A stretch of DNA of 64,000 bases from Deltaproteobacteria bacterium (GTDB taxonomy: Bacteria; Myxococcota_A; Polyangia; Polyangiales; Houyiibacteriaceae). The translations under genes and the position numbers were made by a program. Numbering within the stretch: position 1 is the first letter of the stretch; each line of letters begins with the position of its first letter. The notes below the pieces were generated by a model. The model ran no database searches. It was not told the DNA's origin and saw nothing but the letters and a program-made list of their open reading frames with translations. Positions 37,301-46,327 of this stretch are shown here, piece by piece. The stretch lies in contig SHLP01000008.1 in assembly GCA_004283055.1 (NCBI GenBank), positions 668 to 64,667 of the forward strand, read 5' to 3'.

Positions 37301-39340
37301 ATGAACACCTCCAAGTTTGAATCACCGGAGCAGAGAGTCGCGCGCCAGATCGGGCGGGACTCATTTCTCGAGGGCTACGGTTCCGTCATCGAGCGGCGCA
37401 TCCGGGCCGCAGATGCGACCCGCCTTCGGATCACAGAGGGCCGAATGGACCTAGCCGAGTTGGCCTCGGGGCACGAGTACTTCGGTTTGCACTTCCAGGA
37501 CGGCCGCTGGGTGCTTCGCGAGTGGGCCCCTAACGCGGTGTCGATTCATTTGAAGGGGCCATTCTCGGATTGGCAGCCGGATCCTCGCTATGCATTCGTG
37601 CGTCAAGGAGGCGAGGGTGTGTGGCAGGTAGAGCTTCCCGAGGCGACTCTCTCTCACGGGGACCCGTATCGGCTCGAGGTTCGTTGGCCGGGCGGCGTCG
37701 GCGATCGCCTGCCCGCGTGGACCCGGCGGGTGGTGCGTGACGAGAAGTCGAACAGCTTCAACGCCGAGGTTTGGCGCCCGTCGAGCCCTTACACCTGGCG
37801 TCATGCGCGGCCGGCACGCCCGTCTGGTCCGCTGCTCGTCTACGAAGCCCACGTCGGGATGGCGCAAGCCGAGCCCAAAGTGGGCAGCTATGAAGAGTTC
37901 CGCACGGACGTCTTGCCGCGAATTCGTGATGCCGGCTACGAGGCAGTGCAGATCATGGCGCTTGCCGAGCATCCCTACTACGCCTCGTTCGGGTACCAGG
38001 TCTCGAGTTATTTTGCCTGTTCGTCGCGCTACGGGACGCCAGAAGAGCTCAAGGCCCTGGTCGACGAGGCGCACGGAATGGGGCTCCGGGTCTTCATGGA
38101 TCTCGTCCATTCCCACGCCGTTCGAAACGAGGTCGAGGGGATCTCTTCGCAGGACGGCTCTCCGAGCCTGTATTTCCACGAAGGCCCGCGCGGCGAGCAT
38201 CCCGCCTGGAACTCCCGCTGCTTCGACTACGCCAAGCCCCAGGTCCTCCACTTTCTGCTTTCCAACTGCCGTTTTTGGATGGACGAGTTCCGCATGGACG
38301 GCTTTCGATTCGACGGCGTCACGAGCATGCTCTACCTGGACCACGGCCTACAGCGGGCCTTCACAGGCTATGACGACTACTTCGGCCCGAATCTAGACGA
38401 AGACGCGCTGACGTACTTGACCCTCGCCAACGAGCTCATCCACGATATCTGGCCGGACGCGGTCACCATCGCCGAGGACGTGTCCGGATACCCGGGGCTG
38501 GCCTTGCCTCTCTCGGAGGGAGGCGCGGGCTTCGACTACCGCTTTGCGATGGGCGTCGCTGACACCTGGATCGAGCTCACCAAAGATGTGCCTGACGAGG
38601 AATGGCCGATTGGCAAGCTCTGGCATGAGCTGACCAACCGCCGGCGCGACGAAGGGACCATCAGCTACGCGGAGTCCCACGACCAGGCCTTGGTCGGGGA
38701 TCAGACGCTCATCTTTCGCCTCATCGGCGCGCATATGTACGACAGCATGTCGACCCAGACCGAGAACCTTTCGGTCGAGCGCGGCGTCGCCTTACACAAA
38801 ATGATTCGTCTCGCGACCTTGGGGACCGCGGGCCAAGGGTACCTCAACTTCATGGGCAACGAGTTCGGGCACCCGGAGTGGATCGACTTCCCCCGTGAGG
38901 GAAACCAATGGTCCTACAGTTACGCCCGTAGGCAATGGGGGCTTGCTGAAGATGAAAACCTACGCTTCCACCATCTTGCTGCATTTGATCGCGACTTGAT
39001 CGCCGTGGCACGCGCGTACGGCATTCCGGACGGCCTGGACGAGTTCCTGCTCCACAGCGACGAAGACAGCAAGGTCTTGGCCTGGCTGCGTGGCGGGCTC
39101 GTCTTTGCGATGAACTTCCATCCGAGTAGCTCGTTCACCGACTACAGGATCCCCGCTGCGCCGGGCACTTACCGCACGGTCCTCGATACCGACCGGTCCG
39201 AATACGGAGGGTTCAGCCGGCAGGCCGCCGAGATCTCCCATCATTCGATGCCCGATCGAATCGAGCGCCACTTCCTGAGCCTGTACTTGCCATCGCGGAC
39301 CGCGCTGGTGCTCGCGCCGGTGGCCGGGACCGCGCCGTGA
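37301..39340 (+). CDS. glgB: 1,4-alpha-glucan branching enzyme, eukaryote-like type (GH13 subfamily 8-like)
   Basis: VYEAHVGMA...SYEEFRTDVLPRIRDAGYEAVQIMALAEHPYYASFGYQVSSYFACSSRYGTPEELKALVDEAHGMGLRVFMDLVHSH...FRMDGFRFDGVTSMLY is nearly collinear with animal/fungal glycogen branching enzymes as I remember them. The ATG at 37301 is preferred over the track start at 37154. Confidence 0.85.
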   Translation: MNTSKFESPEQRVARQIGRDSFLEGYGSVIERRIRAADATRLRITEGRMDLAELASGHEYFGLHFQDGRWVLREWAPNAVSIHLKGPFSDWQPDPRYAFVRQGGEGVWQVELPEATLSHGDPYRLEVRWPGGVGDRLPAWTRRVVRDEKSNSFNAEVWRPSSPYTWRHARPARPSGPLLVYEAHVGMAQAEPKVGSYEEFRTDVLPRIRDAGYEAVQIMALAEHPYYASFGYQVSSYFACSSRYGTPEELKALVDEAHGMGLRVFMDLVHSHAVRNEVEGISSQDGSPSLYFHEGPRGEHPAWNSRCFDYAKPQVLHFLLSNCRFWMDEFRMDGFRFDGVTSMLYLDHGLQRAFTGYDDYFGPNLDEDALTYLTLANELIHDIWPDAVTIAEDVSGYPGLALPLSEGGAGFDYRFAMGVADTWIELTKDVPDEEWPIGKLWHELTNRRRDEGTISYAESHDQALVGDQTLIFRLIGAHMYDSMSTQTENLSVERGVALHKMIRLATLGTAGQGYLNFMGNEFGHPEWIDFPREGNQWSYSYARRQWGLAEDENLRFHHLAAFDRDLIAVARAYGIPDGLDEFLLHSDEDSKVLAWLRGGLVFAMNFHPSSSFTDYRIPAAPGTYRTVLDTDRSEYGGFSRQAAEISHHSMPDRIERHFLSLYLPSRTALVLAPVAGTAP

Positions 39341-41292
39341 GCGACCGTGGTCACGACTGGAAGCCGGAGCAGGCCCGCAAGTCCTTGCGCCGTTTGCTTC
39401 CGGAGCTCGAAGCCGCGTTTGCTCCCGAGCTCGAGCCGCTGGCCTTCGACTGGCACCGTTTCAAGAATCGGCTTCATCGCGAATGGGAGCGCCTGTTCTC
39501 GTATCTGCACGAGCTCTACGGCTGGCAGTACGATTTTCACTACACCCTGGAGCGCGTTCTTCGCTCACTGATCCAGTCCTGGCTCGAGCGCCCCGAAGCC
39601 TTGCGCCGCCTCGATGAGAAGCGTGAGGCGGACACCAACTGGTTCCAGTCCCAGGAAATGGTGGGCATCGTCCTCTACGTCGATCTCTTCAGCGACCACT
39701 TGGCGAAGCTCAAAGACCACATCCCGTACTTCAAGAAGCTGGGGCTCACCTATCTCCACCTCATGCCTCTCTTCGTCTCTCCCCATGGAGAAAACGACGG
39801 CGGGTACGCGGTAAGCGACTACCGCTCCATCAACCCCGACCTCGGAAGCATCGACGACCTCGAAGAAGTCACTTCGGCGCTGCGGGAGGAGGGCATCAGC
39901 GTGGTGCTGGACCTGGTGTTCAATCATACCTCCGACGAGCACCAGTGGGCCATGAAGGCCAAGTCCGGCGATCCGGACTTCATGGCCTTCTACTTCACCT
40001 TCCCCGATCGCGAGTTACCCGATCAATTCCAGCGCTATCTTCGCGACATCTTCCCCGAGGCGCGTGCCGGCAGCTTTACGTGGAACGAGGAGCTGGGGCG
40101 CTGGGTATGGACCACGTTCAACAGCTATCAGTGGGACTTGAACTACGCCAACGCGGAGGTCTTTCGTGCCATGTCGGAAGAGATGCTCTTCCTCGCGAAT
40201 CGAGGCGTAGAGGTTCTGCGATTGGACGCCGTTGCGTTTCTGTGGAAGCGGCTCGGCACCGACTGCGAGAATCAGCCCGAGGCGCACACGATCATCCGCG
40301 CATTCAACGCCATGGCGCGGATTGCCGCGCCGGCATTGCTCTTCAAGTCGGAGGCGATCGTCCATCCAAACGAGGTGATTCGATACGTCCACCCCGACGA
40401 GTGCCAGCTTTCGTACAACCCGCTGCTGATGGCGCTTCTTTGGGAGGCCCTCGCGACCCAGGACGCGCGGCTTCTCGGGCACTCGATGCGCACTCGGTAT
40501 CGTCTGCCCGCAGGTTGCGCCTGGGTGAATTACCTGCGCTGCCACGATGACATTGGATGGACTTTCGACGACGATGACGCGCGCAGCATCGGGATCGACC
40601 CGTCCGCGCATCGACGGTTTCTGAGCCGGTTCTACACCGGCGAATTCCCGGGCTCCTACGCGCGAGGAACGAAGTTCCAGCAAAACGCACTCACGGGAGA
40701 CGTCCGCGTTGCGGGGACGCTTTCGTCGCTGGCGGGTCTCGAGGATGCACTCGAACGCAACGACAGCGAGCTCATTGAACGCGCGGTCCGGCGTATCACC
40801 TTGCTGATGGGCATTCAGGTCAGCATCGGCGGGCTGCCGCTTCTGTATGCGGGCGACGAGTACGGAATGATCAACGACTACACGTATCTGAGCGATCCGC
40901 GAAAGGTAAACGACAGCCGCTGGGTGCACCGCTGCCGAAAGCGCTGGAAGGCGCAAGAGGATCTCGCTGACATCGACACGATCGAGTGGCGCTTCTTCCG
41001 TGAGACCTCGAAGCTATTCAAGCTTCGAAAACAGCTTCGAGCGCTGTACGACGGAGGCATGGAGGTGGTCGAGACGGGCAACCCCCATCTGTTTGCCTAC
41101 CTTCGGTCGCACGCCGATCAGCGAGTGCTGGTAGTCGCGAATTTCTCCGAAACGACCCAAGCTGCCGACGCTCGCTGCCTCGTTTCCTGGGTTCCCAAAG
41201 GTGAGGCGCTCGACCACTTGAGTGGGCAGCGCGTCACGCTCGTCGACGGGCTCGTCCTCGAACACCATCGCTCGGTCTGGCTGGAGGTCTGA
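39337..41292 (+). CDS. amylosucrase (GH13 subfamily 4-like sucrose:alpha-1,4-glucan glucosyltransferase)
   Basis: GLTYLHLMPLF..P.G.NDGGYAVSDYR.INPDLG, VLDLVFNHTS.EH.WA, WVWTTFNSYQWDLNY.N..VFRAM..EMLFLAN.GVEVLRLDAVAFLWK..GT.CENQPEAH and FKSEAIVHP match my recollection of Neisseria polysaccharea amylosucrase almost block for block. The GTG start overlaps the glgB stop (GTGA). Confidence 0.85.
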   Translation: MSDRGHDWKPEQARKSLRRLLPELEAAFAPELEPLAFDWHRFKNRLHREWERLFSYLHELYGWQYDFHYTLERVLRSLIQSWLERPEALRRLDEKREADTNWFQSQEMVGIVLYVDLFSDHLAKLKDHIPYFKKLGLTYLHLMPLFVSPHGENDGGYAVSDYRSINPDLGSIDDLEEVTSALREEGISVVLDLVFNHTSDEHQWAMKAKSGDPDFMAFYFTFPDRELPDQFQRYLRDIFPEARAGSFTWNEELGRWVWTTFNSYQWDLNYANAEVFRAMSEEMLFLANRGVEVLRLDAVAFLWKRLGTDCENQPEAHTIIRAFNAMARIAAPALLFKSEAIVHPNEVIRYVHPDECQLSYNPLLMALLWEALATQDARLLGHSMRTRYRLPAGCAWVNYLRCHDDIGWTFDDDDARSIGIDPSAHRRFLSRFYTGEFPGSYARGTKFQQNALTGDVRVAGTLSSLAGLEDALERNDSELIERAVRRITLLMGIQVSIGGLPLLYAGDEYGMINDYTYLSDPRKVNDSRWVHRCRKRWKAQEDLADIDTIEWRFFRETSKLFKLRKQLRALYDGGMEVVETGNPHLFAYLRSHADQRVLVVANFSETTQAADARCLVSWVPKGEALDHLSGQRVTLVDGLVLEHHRSVWLEV

Positions 41293-41294
41293 GG

Positions 41295-41315
41295 GCGCTA
41301 CGCACCCGGTAGCGC
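41295..41315. terminator. hairpin between convergent genes (7-bp stem GCGCTAC/GTAGCGC, 7-nt loop)
   Basis: Read directly from the sequence. Lies in the 41-nt gap between the amylosucrase and CrtI-like stops. There is no U-tract, so function as a terminator is uncertain. Confidence 0.35.
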
Positions 41316-41333
41316 GAGCTTGGAGCTGGGCAA

Positions 41334-42812
41334 CTACGCATTCGCAATCGCCTCCGCGGTTCGTACGCCGCCCAGCGCGACGGCTAGTGTGCTCTGGCCG
41401 AGCAGGACCGAGTCGCCCACGAGATAGAGGCCGGGCGCAGCCTGCCGTGGCCAAAGCGCCCGAGGTCGGTAGTGCTTCCATCCAACACGTCTTGGCACCC
41501 CGCCCACGTAACCCAAATGCCGTCCAGTGAATCGAGCGAACGTCCGAGGGCTTGCCGTCATTTGGAATCTCGCATGGTCGAGAAGCTCGGGCGCGCGCCG
41601 TCTGATCGTCTCTCGCATTCGGTCTTGAATGTCCGCGATGTAGGTGCCCTGTTCCTCCGCACCGAGGGCGCGGAGCCTTTTCATCGGAACGTGCGTGGAA
41701 ACCGTTGCGGTTCGCTGTCCTGCCGGAGCCCGCTCGTGCTCGTCGGCTGCGCTGATCGAACAAAATACGTGGTTGCCTTCGAGGAACGGCGCGTTCTCGT
41801 CATCGACGAGCTGCAAATGGTGCGCCGATGGTCCACTCAGGGCGTCGGAGTCGACGGCGAGGTAGAGCATGGCCGCTCCCCATCCAGACTCCACGGCCGC
41901 CTCGACATCCTGAGTCGCGCCGTTCATCTCTGGTCCGGCCATTGTCGACAGCGATTGCGGCAGGACATTGGCGACGACGGTTTGCGCTCGGAGCTCCCCG
42001 CTTCGGGTGTCGACGCGCCAGGTTCCGGCTTCGCGTCTAAGGCCGCGGACCCGGTTGGCGAGCGACACTCTGCCGCCCGCGCGGTCGATCGCCGCGGTCA
42101 GCGCCCAGGCCAGGCTCCCAATGCCTCCGTGCACGTGGCCGGTGCCGCGAAAGAAGTAGTCGACCGCGGCCATCGCAAAAGGCGCTTCGGCCTCGGTCGA
42201 GCTCGCCTGCACGGTGATTTGGCTGACTGCGTCCAAGTAGACGCGGAGTGGGGCCCAGTCTCTCAGGCCATGACTCGACACGACTTCGGAAAGCGGTCGC
42301 CCCATCCACTGAACGACAGGCGCGTACGACAACGACCGGCCGAGATGCCGCAAGACGGCCGTGGCGCTCAGGGGCGGAAGGAGGGCAGGGTCCTCGAAGA
42401 GCTTCCATAGCGCGTTCGCAACGCCGCGCTGAGTCGCGAAGAACGAACGCAGCGCTTCTGGATTCGCGCCTGGGAGCTCCGCGAACCGCCGAACGAACGC
42501 GTCGGGGTCTGGCGGAACGGCGAGCGACCATTGCCCGGTTCGAAGCTCGACGAGCGGGTCGAGCGTCTCGAAGCGTACGCCCAGGTCCCACTTGTCATTC
42601 CAGTTCGAGAAAAGCTGACCGTCACCGAGTCCCGAAAACAACGTGGCCCCCGCTTCGAATTGATAGCCGCTTCGCGTAAAGGTACTCGCGCAGCCACCGG
42701 GATAGCGAAGCGTTTCGCACAAGACGACGTCGGCGCCGAGCTCGGCCAAGCGCAGAGCAGCTGCGAGGCCACCGAACCCAGCCCCAACCACGACGACGTC
42801 GGCCTTTTCCAT
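41334..42812 (-). CDS. phytoene desaturase (CrtI/CrtD) family FAD-dependent oxidoreductase
   Basis: DVVVVGAGFGGLAAALRLAELGADVVLCE...YPGGCASTF.R.GY.FEAGATL and the C-terminal block LYLVGDSV..GQS are typical of the CrtI family. Confidence 0.75.
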   Translation of the reverse strand: MEKADVVVVGAGFGGLAAALRLAELGADVVLCETLRYPGGCASTFTRSGYQFEAGATLFSGLGDGQLFSNWNDKWDLGVRFETLDPLVELRTGQWSLAVPPDPDAFVRRFAELPGANPEALRSFFATQRGVANALWKLFEDPALLPPLSATAVLRHLGRSLSYAPVVQWMGRPLSEVVSSHGLRDWAPLRVYLDAVSQITVQASSTEAEAPFAMAAVDYFFRGTGHVHGGIGSLAWALTAAIDRAGGRVSLANRVRGLRREAGTWRVDTRSGELRAQTVVANVLPQSLSTMAGPEMNGATQDVEAAVESGWGAAMLYLAVDSDALSGPSAHHLQLVDDENAPFLEGNHVFCSISAADEHERAPAGQRTATVSTHVPMKRLRALGAEEQGTYIADIQDRMRETIRRRAPELLDHARFQMTASPRTFARFTGRHLGYVGGVPRRVGWKHYRPRALWPRQAAPGLYLVGDSVLLGQSTLAVALGGVRTAEAIANA

Positions 42813-42883
42813 CCGAACTCGCTCTAAGGCCGAATGCGGAAAACGTCAGCGATCATTCGCCGATGTGTTAGTTTCGCAAGCAA

Positions 42884-43819
42884 ATGCTGCGAAATCGACG
42901 CGCTTTCGGAGGCTGGCTCACGGCCGCCATCGTTTTTTCTCTCCTCCCCGTGCCAGCTCTTGCGCAAGAAACCGAAGGTCAGAAGTCGATCTACGATATG
43001 CCGCCGGTCGAGGAGAGCCACATCGCAGCCAAGTACAAGGCCACGCTCGAGAAGCCGCCGAACGTCGAGTGGTTCCTCGGAGCCGAGCTCGGCTTCCTCG
43101 CCGTCGCCAGCCACATCGTCCAGCTCGGCAACGACGGGACGCGGTTCAACTACCGCGATCAGGGCGGCCAGGACGTCCTCTTTCCCTTCTTCCGTCTCAG
43201 CACCGAGCTCAAGTTCAAGGGCCGACATACGATTGTGTTCCTCTACCAGCCGCTGAAGCTGAGCGGGGAAACCGTATTGAGTCAGGAGACGACCTTCGAT
43301 GACGTGGTCTTCCCAGCGGGAACTCCTCTGAATTCGACCTACAGTTTCCCGTTTTGGCGAATCAGCTACTTGTACGACTTCCTGCGGCGCTCGGGCGACG
43401 AGGTCTCGATCGGCTTTTCGCTCCAAATCAGAAATTCGACGATCACGTTCACCTCGGCGGACGGCACGCTGCGCGCCGATCGCCGCAACATTGGGCCGGT
43501 GCCTGCGCTGAAATTTCGAGGTCGCTGGGCCTTTGACAGCGGGGTCTGGTGGGGGACCGAAATCGACGGGATCTACGCGCCGATCAGCGGGATCAACGGA
43601 AGTAGTAACGAAGTCACGGGGGCCTTGCTCGATGCGAGCCTTCGCGTGGGCTACGACTTCTCGGATCGGGTCGCCGGCTTTTTCAACGTGCGCTACCTGG
43701 CGGGTGGCGCCGTCGGAACCGACAGCACTCCGGACCCGGGGAGCGACGGCTACACCAAGAACTGGCTCAACTTCATCACGTTTAGCCTCGGCGTCGAGTT
43801 CCGAGCCATCCAGCGCTAG
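42884..43819 (+). CDS. hypothetical secreted, beta-rich (possible outer-membrane barrel) protein
   Basis: Signal peptide (WLTAAIVFSLLPVPALAQE). Alternating hydrophobic/aromatic strands run throughout (FRLSTELKF, TIVFLYQPLKL, WRISYLYDF, FSLGVEFRA). The antisense ORF 42824..43861 has Arg/Pro/Asp-biased composition and was rejected. Confidence 0.55.
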   Translation: MLRNRRAFGGWLTAAIVFSLLPVPALAQETEGQKSIYDMPPVEESHIAAKYKATLEKPPNVEWFLGAELGFLAVASHIVQLGNDGTRFNYRDQGGQDVLFPFFRLSTELKFKGRHTIVFLYQPLKLSGETVLSQETTFDDVVFPAGTPLNSTYSFPFWRISYLYDFLRRSGDEVSIGFSLQIRNSTITFTSADGTLRADRRNIGPVPALKFRGRWAFDSGVWWGTEIDGIYAPISGINGSSNEVTGALLDASLRVGYDFSDRVAGFFNVRYLAGGAVGTDSTPDPGSDGYTKNWLNFITFSLGVEFRAIQR

Positions 43820-44265
43820 ACGCCCAAGCCCGTGCCTGCGTCGAGTGTCCGGTACAGCCAATAGGTCACCAGGCCGGCTCTCGCCGACCAGGCAAGCGTC
43901 CTGAGCCAGTTGGTGCGGACGAGCATTCGCCAGGTTCCCTCGTCGAACCCCGACCCGAGCTGGCTGTGAGCGGGGACCTGCAGAAGAAAGGTCGAGGCCC
44001 AGATAAATGCGATCAGCCCGATGCCGAGCCAGATCTGCGCTGGAGTCTGGACTCGAAGCGGCGCCCAGAGAAAAGCCACGCTGGAAATCGCCTCAGCGAT
44101 CATCAGGGGCGCGACGATGATCGAGATCGAGCTCGAATGGTGCGCATGAAACGCAGGAAAGGACGCGGTGTCCATCCGAGCGAACCCCGGATACTGGACC
44201 AGCTGCACGAACCAGATGATGCCCGTCATCGCCCAGGTGGTCGCGACTTGGATGAGAAGCGTCAT
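43816..44265 (-). CDS. hypothetical integral membrane protein (4 TM, 149 aa)
   Basis: Four clear hydrophobic helices. Lies 9 nt downstream of the wHTH regulator gene on the same strand. Confidence 0.6.
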   Translation of the reverse strand: MTLLIQVATTWAMTGIIWFVQLVQYPGFARMDTASFPAFHAHHSSSISIIVAPLMIAEAISSVAFLWAPLRVQTPAQIWLGIGLIAFIWASTFLLQVPAHSQLGSGFDEGTWRMLVRTNWLRTLAWSARAGLVTYWLYRTLDAGTGLGV

Positions 44266-44274
44266 TCGAACATC

Positions 44275-44574
44275 TCAGGACCGGACCACCCGCACGAGCT
44301 CGCCGACCGAGTGTTCGGACTCGATGGGGTGGCGAAGCGGAATTCCTTCGTTGACTTCGTAATGGGTGCGGCGTCCCTGACGGGTTCGAACGATCACACC
44401 GGCCTCTTCCAGCTCTCTCAAGATGCGCTGCACAGCGCGCTCGGTGACCCCCACGGCCTGCGCAATCTCCCGCACGCGCACGTTCGCGTCGCGTGCGATG
44501 CAGACCAGCACATGCCCGTGATTACTGAGAAAAGTCCACGCCGCGGGGGATTCTGAGCTACCATTTCTCTTCAT
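44275..44574 (-). CDS. small winged-helix transcriptional regulator (99 aa), paralogue of 32094..32414
   Basis: AAWTFLSNHGHVLVCIARDANVRVREIAQAVGVTERAVQRILRELEEAGVIVRTRQGRRTHYEV aligns without gaps to the 32.1-kb regulator. Confidence 0.7.
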   Translation of the reverse strand: MKRNGSSESPAAWTFLSNHGHVLVCIARDANVRVREIAQAVGVTERAVQRILRELEEAGVIVRTRQGRRTHYEVNEGIPLRHPIESEHSVGELVRVVRS

Positions 44575-44597
44575 ATGACTTCTTTTACATAAAACAC

Positions 44598-44623
44598 AAT
44601 ACAGGTATTGACAAGCCTGTATT
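44598..44623. promoter_or_regulatory. perfect inverted repeat AATACAGG-N10-CCTGTATT enclosing a TTGACA box (candidate operator/divergent promoter)
   Basis: Arms at 44598-44605 and 44616-44623. The spacer tattgacaag reads TTGACA on the + strand and TTGTCA on the - strand. It sits in a strikingly AT-rich 70-nt gap between the regulator and the ABC gene. Confidence 0.5.
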
Positions 44624-44644
44624 TTATATCATGTTTCGAAAATC

Positions 44645-46327
44645 ATGAATGAAAGGCCTGCAGCGACCCAGGGTGCCCGTCCGTCTCCGCTTCGCCGCGC
44701 GCGCCAGCTGCTCGCGCTCGACGGGCAGGACATCGGCGTCATCGTCGTGTACGGCGTGGCCCTCGGCCTTCTTTCGCTCGCGGTGCCAGTCGCGGTCCAA
44801 TCGCTCGTCAACACCGTCGCCTTCGGGTCGCTGATTCAGCCCCTCGTCGTCCTGACGGCCCTCCTCGCGGTCGCCCTCATAGGCGCCGCCATCCTACGCG
44901 CGCTTCAAGTGCGCGTGGCGGAGATGCTGCAGCGCAGGCTGTTTGTCCGCATCGTGACGGAAATCGGCGCTCGTCTTCCGCGCGTGAGCGGCACGGCGCT
45001 TCGGGATGCGAACGGGCCCGAGCTGCTGAACCGTTTCTTCGACGTGTTCACTACCCAAAAGAGCGTGGCTTCCTTGCTCCTCGGCGGCGTTGACGCCGTC
45101 CTCATCGCGCTGGTCGGGTTGATCGTCCTCGCGTTCTATCATCCAGCGCTCCTCGCCTTCGACATCGTGCTGATCATTGGTGCGGTGTTGGTTCTGATTC
45201 CGCTCGGGCGCGGGGGCACGCGCACGAGCGTCGCCGAGTCCAAAGCCAAGTATGCCGTGGCCGGATGGCTCGAGGAGATGGCGAGGCATCCGCTGTCGTT
45301 CAAGCTTGCGGGAGGCGAGGAGCTCGCGCGAACCCAAGTGGAGACGCTGGCGAAGTCGTATCTCGACAAGCGGGATCGCCACTTCCGAGTCGTGTTTCGC
45401 CAACTGGTGGGTGCCTTCACCATCGAAGTCGTGGCTAGCGTCGCCTTGCTCGCCGTGGGCGGTTTGCTCGTCATCGAGCGCCAGCTGTCCATTGGTCAGC
45501 TCGTCGCCGCTGAGCTCATCGTGACCGCCGTCGTTGCGTCGATCGCAAAGCTGGGTGGCAAAGTCGAGATCTTTTACGATCTGGTCGCCGCCGTCGACAA
45601 GCTTGGAGAAATTCTCGACCTGCCCTTGGAGCGCCCTGATGGCGAAATCTTGCCGCCCGGGGGTGGGCCTCGCATTGGGCTCGTCGTCGACGAGGTGGAA
45701 ATCGAGTCAGAGCCAGGTGTGGCGCCGGTTCGAGTCTCATTCAAGGTCGCGCCCGGCGAGCGCTTGGCGCTAGATGGGGCGGAGCGCGATACCAACGCCG
45801 CAATCGACGCGATCTTTGGACTGCGCGCGCCTTCCGCAGGTGTGATCGAAATGGACGGGCATGACGCGCGAGACCTTTCTCTGCGCGAGCTCCGCCGGCG
45901 CGTCGCGCTCGTCCGCGGCACGGAAATTTTTCCGGGCTGCATTCTCGACAACCTGCGCGCTGCAAACGCCGACCTCACGGCGGAGGAAGCATGGGACGCT
46001 CTGAGTCAGGTCGGCCTGGCGGACGCGGTGAAGTCTCTTCCCGAGGGCCTGCAAACGCCAATCCTTCGAGATGGGTCGCCGCTGTCCCGCACCCAAGCGA
46101 TTACGCTCACCATCGCTAGAGCCGTTGCAGGTAAGCCCTCGCTGCTGATTCTCGACCGAACCCTGGATCGGATCGACTCGGAGGCTGGCATCCGCGTTGC
46201 AGACCGCTTGTCGGCGAATCGCGAGAGCGCGCTTCTGGTCGTTGCGGCGGACCCCGCCGTTCGAGGACGCATGGATCGCTTCATTCAGATTTCGGGCACC
46301 GTTCTGCACGAAGGAGAGGCAGCATGA
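44645..46327 (+). CDS. ABC-exporter-like protein (type-1 TMD plus NBD-fold domain with all ATPase motifs degenerate)
   Basis: The N-terminal 6-TM exporter domain is intact. The C-terminal domain is collinear with ABC NBDs, but the motifs differ. The Walker A position reads LDGAERDTN, the signature reads LSRTQ, and Walker B reads LLILDR. The H-loop region reads VVAADP. Confidence 0.8.
   Translation: MNERPAATQGARPSPLRRARQLLALDGQDIGVIVVYGVALGLLSLAVPVAVQSLVNTVAFGSLIQPLVVLTALLAVALIGAAILRALQVRVAEMLQRRLFVRIVTEIGARLPRVSGTALRDANGPELLNRFFDVFTTQKSVASLLLGGVDAVLIALVGLIVLAFYHPALLAFDIVLIIGAVLVLIPLGRGGTRTSVAESKAKYAVAGWLEEMARHPLSFKLAGGEELARTQVETLAKSYLDKRDRHFRVVFRQLVGAFTIEVVASVALLAVGGLLVIERQLSIGQLVAAELIVTAVVASIAKLGGKVEIFYDLVAAVDKLGEILDLPLERPDGEILPPGGGPRIGLVVDEVEIESEPGVAPVRVSFKVAPGERLALDGAERDTNAAIDAIFGLRAPSAGVIEMDGHDARDLSLRELRRRVALVRGTEIFPGCILDNLRAANADLTAEEAWDALSQVGLADAVKSLPEGLQTPILRDGSPLSRTQAITLTIARAVAGKPSLLILDRTLDRIDSEAGIRVADRLSANRESALLVVAADPAVRGRMDRFIQISGTVLHEGEAA

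Noticed and set aside
42824-43861. 345-aa minus-strand ORF competing with the 311-aa plus-strand ORF 42884..43819.
   Set aside because: The minus-strand product is Arg/Asp/Pro-rich and has no signal peptide or domains. The plus-strand product has a signal peptide and an amphipathic beta-strand pattern, so the plus-strand gene was kept.
45770-46159. Possibility that the degenerate ABC motifs result from a frameshift or sequencing error.
   Set aside because: The frame is open and collinear with NBDs before, between and after all the motif positions. Alternative frames around the Walker A position contain stop codons, and five separate motifs would all need independent errors.
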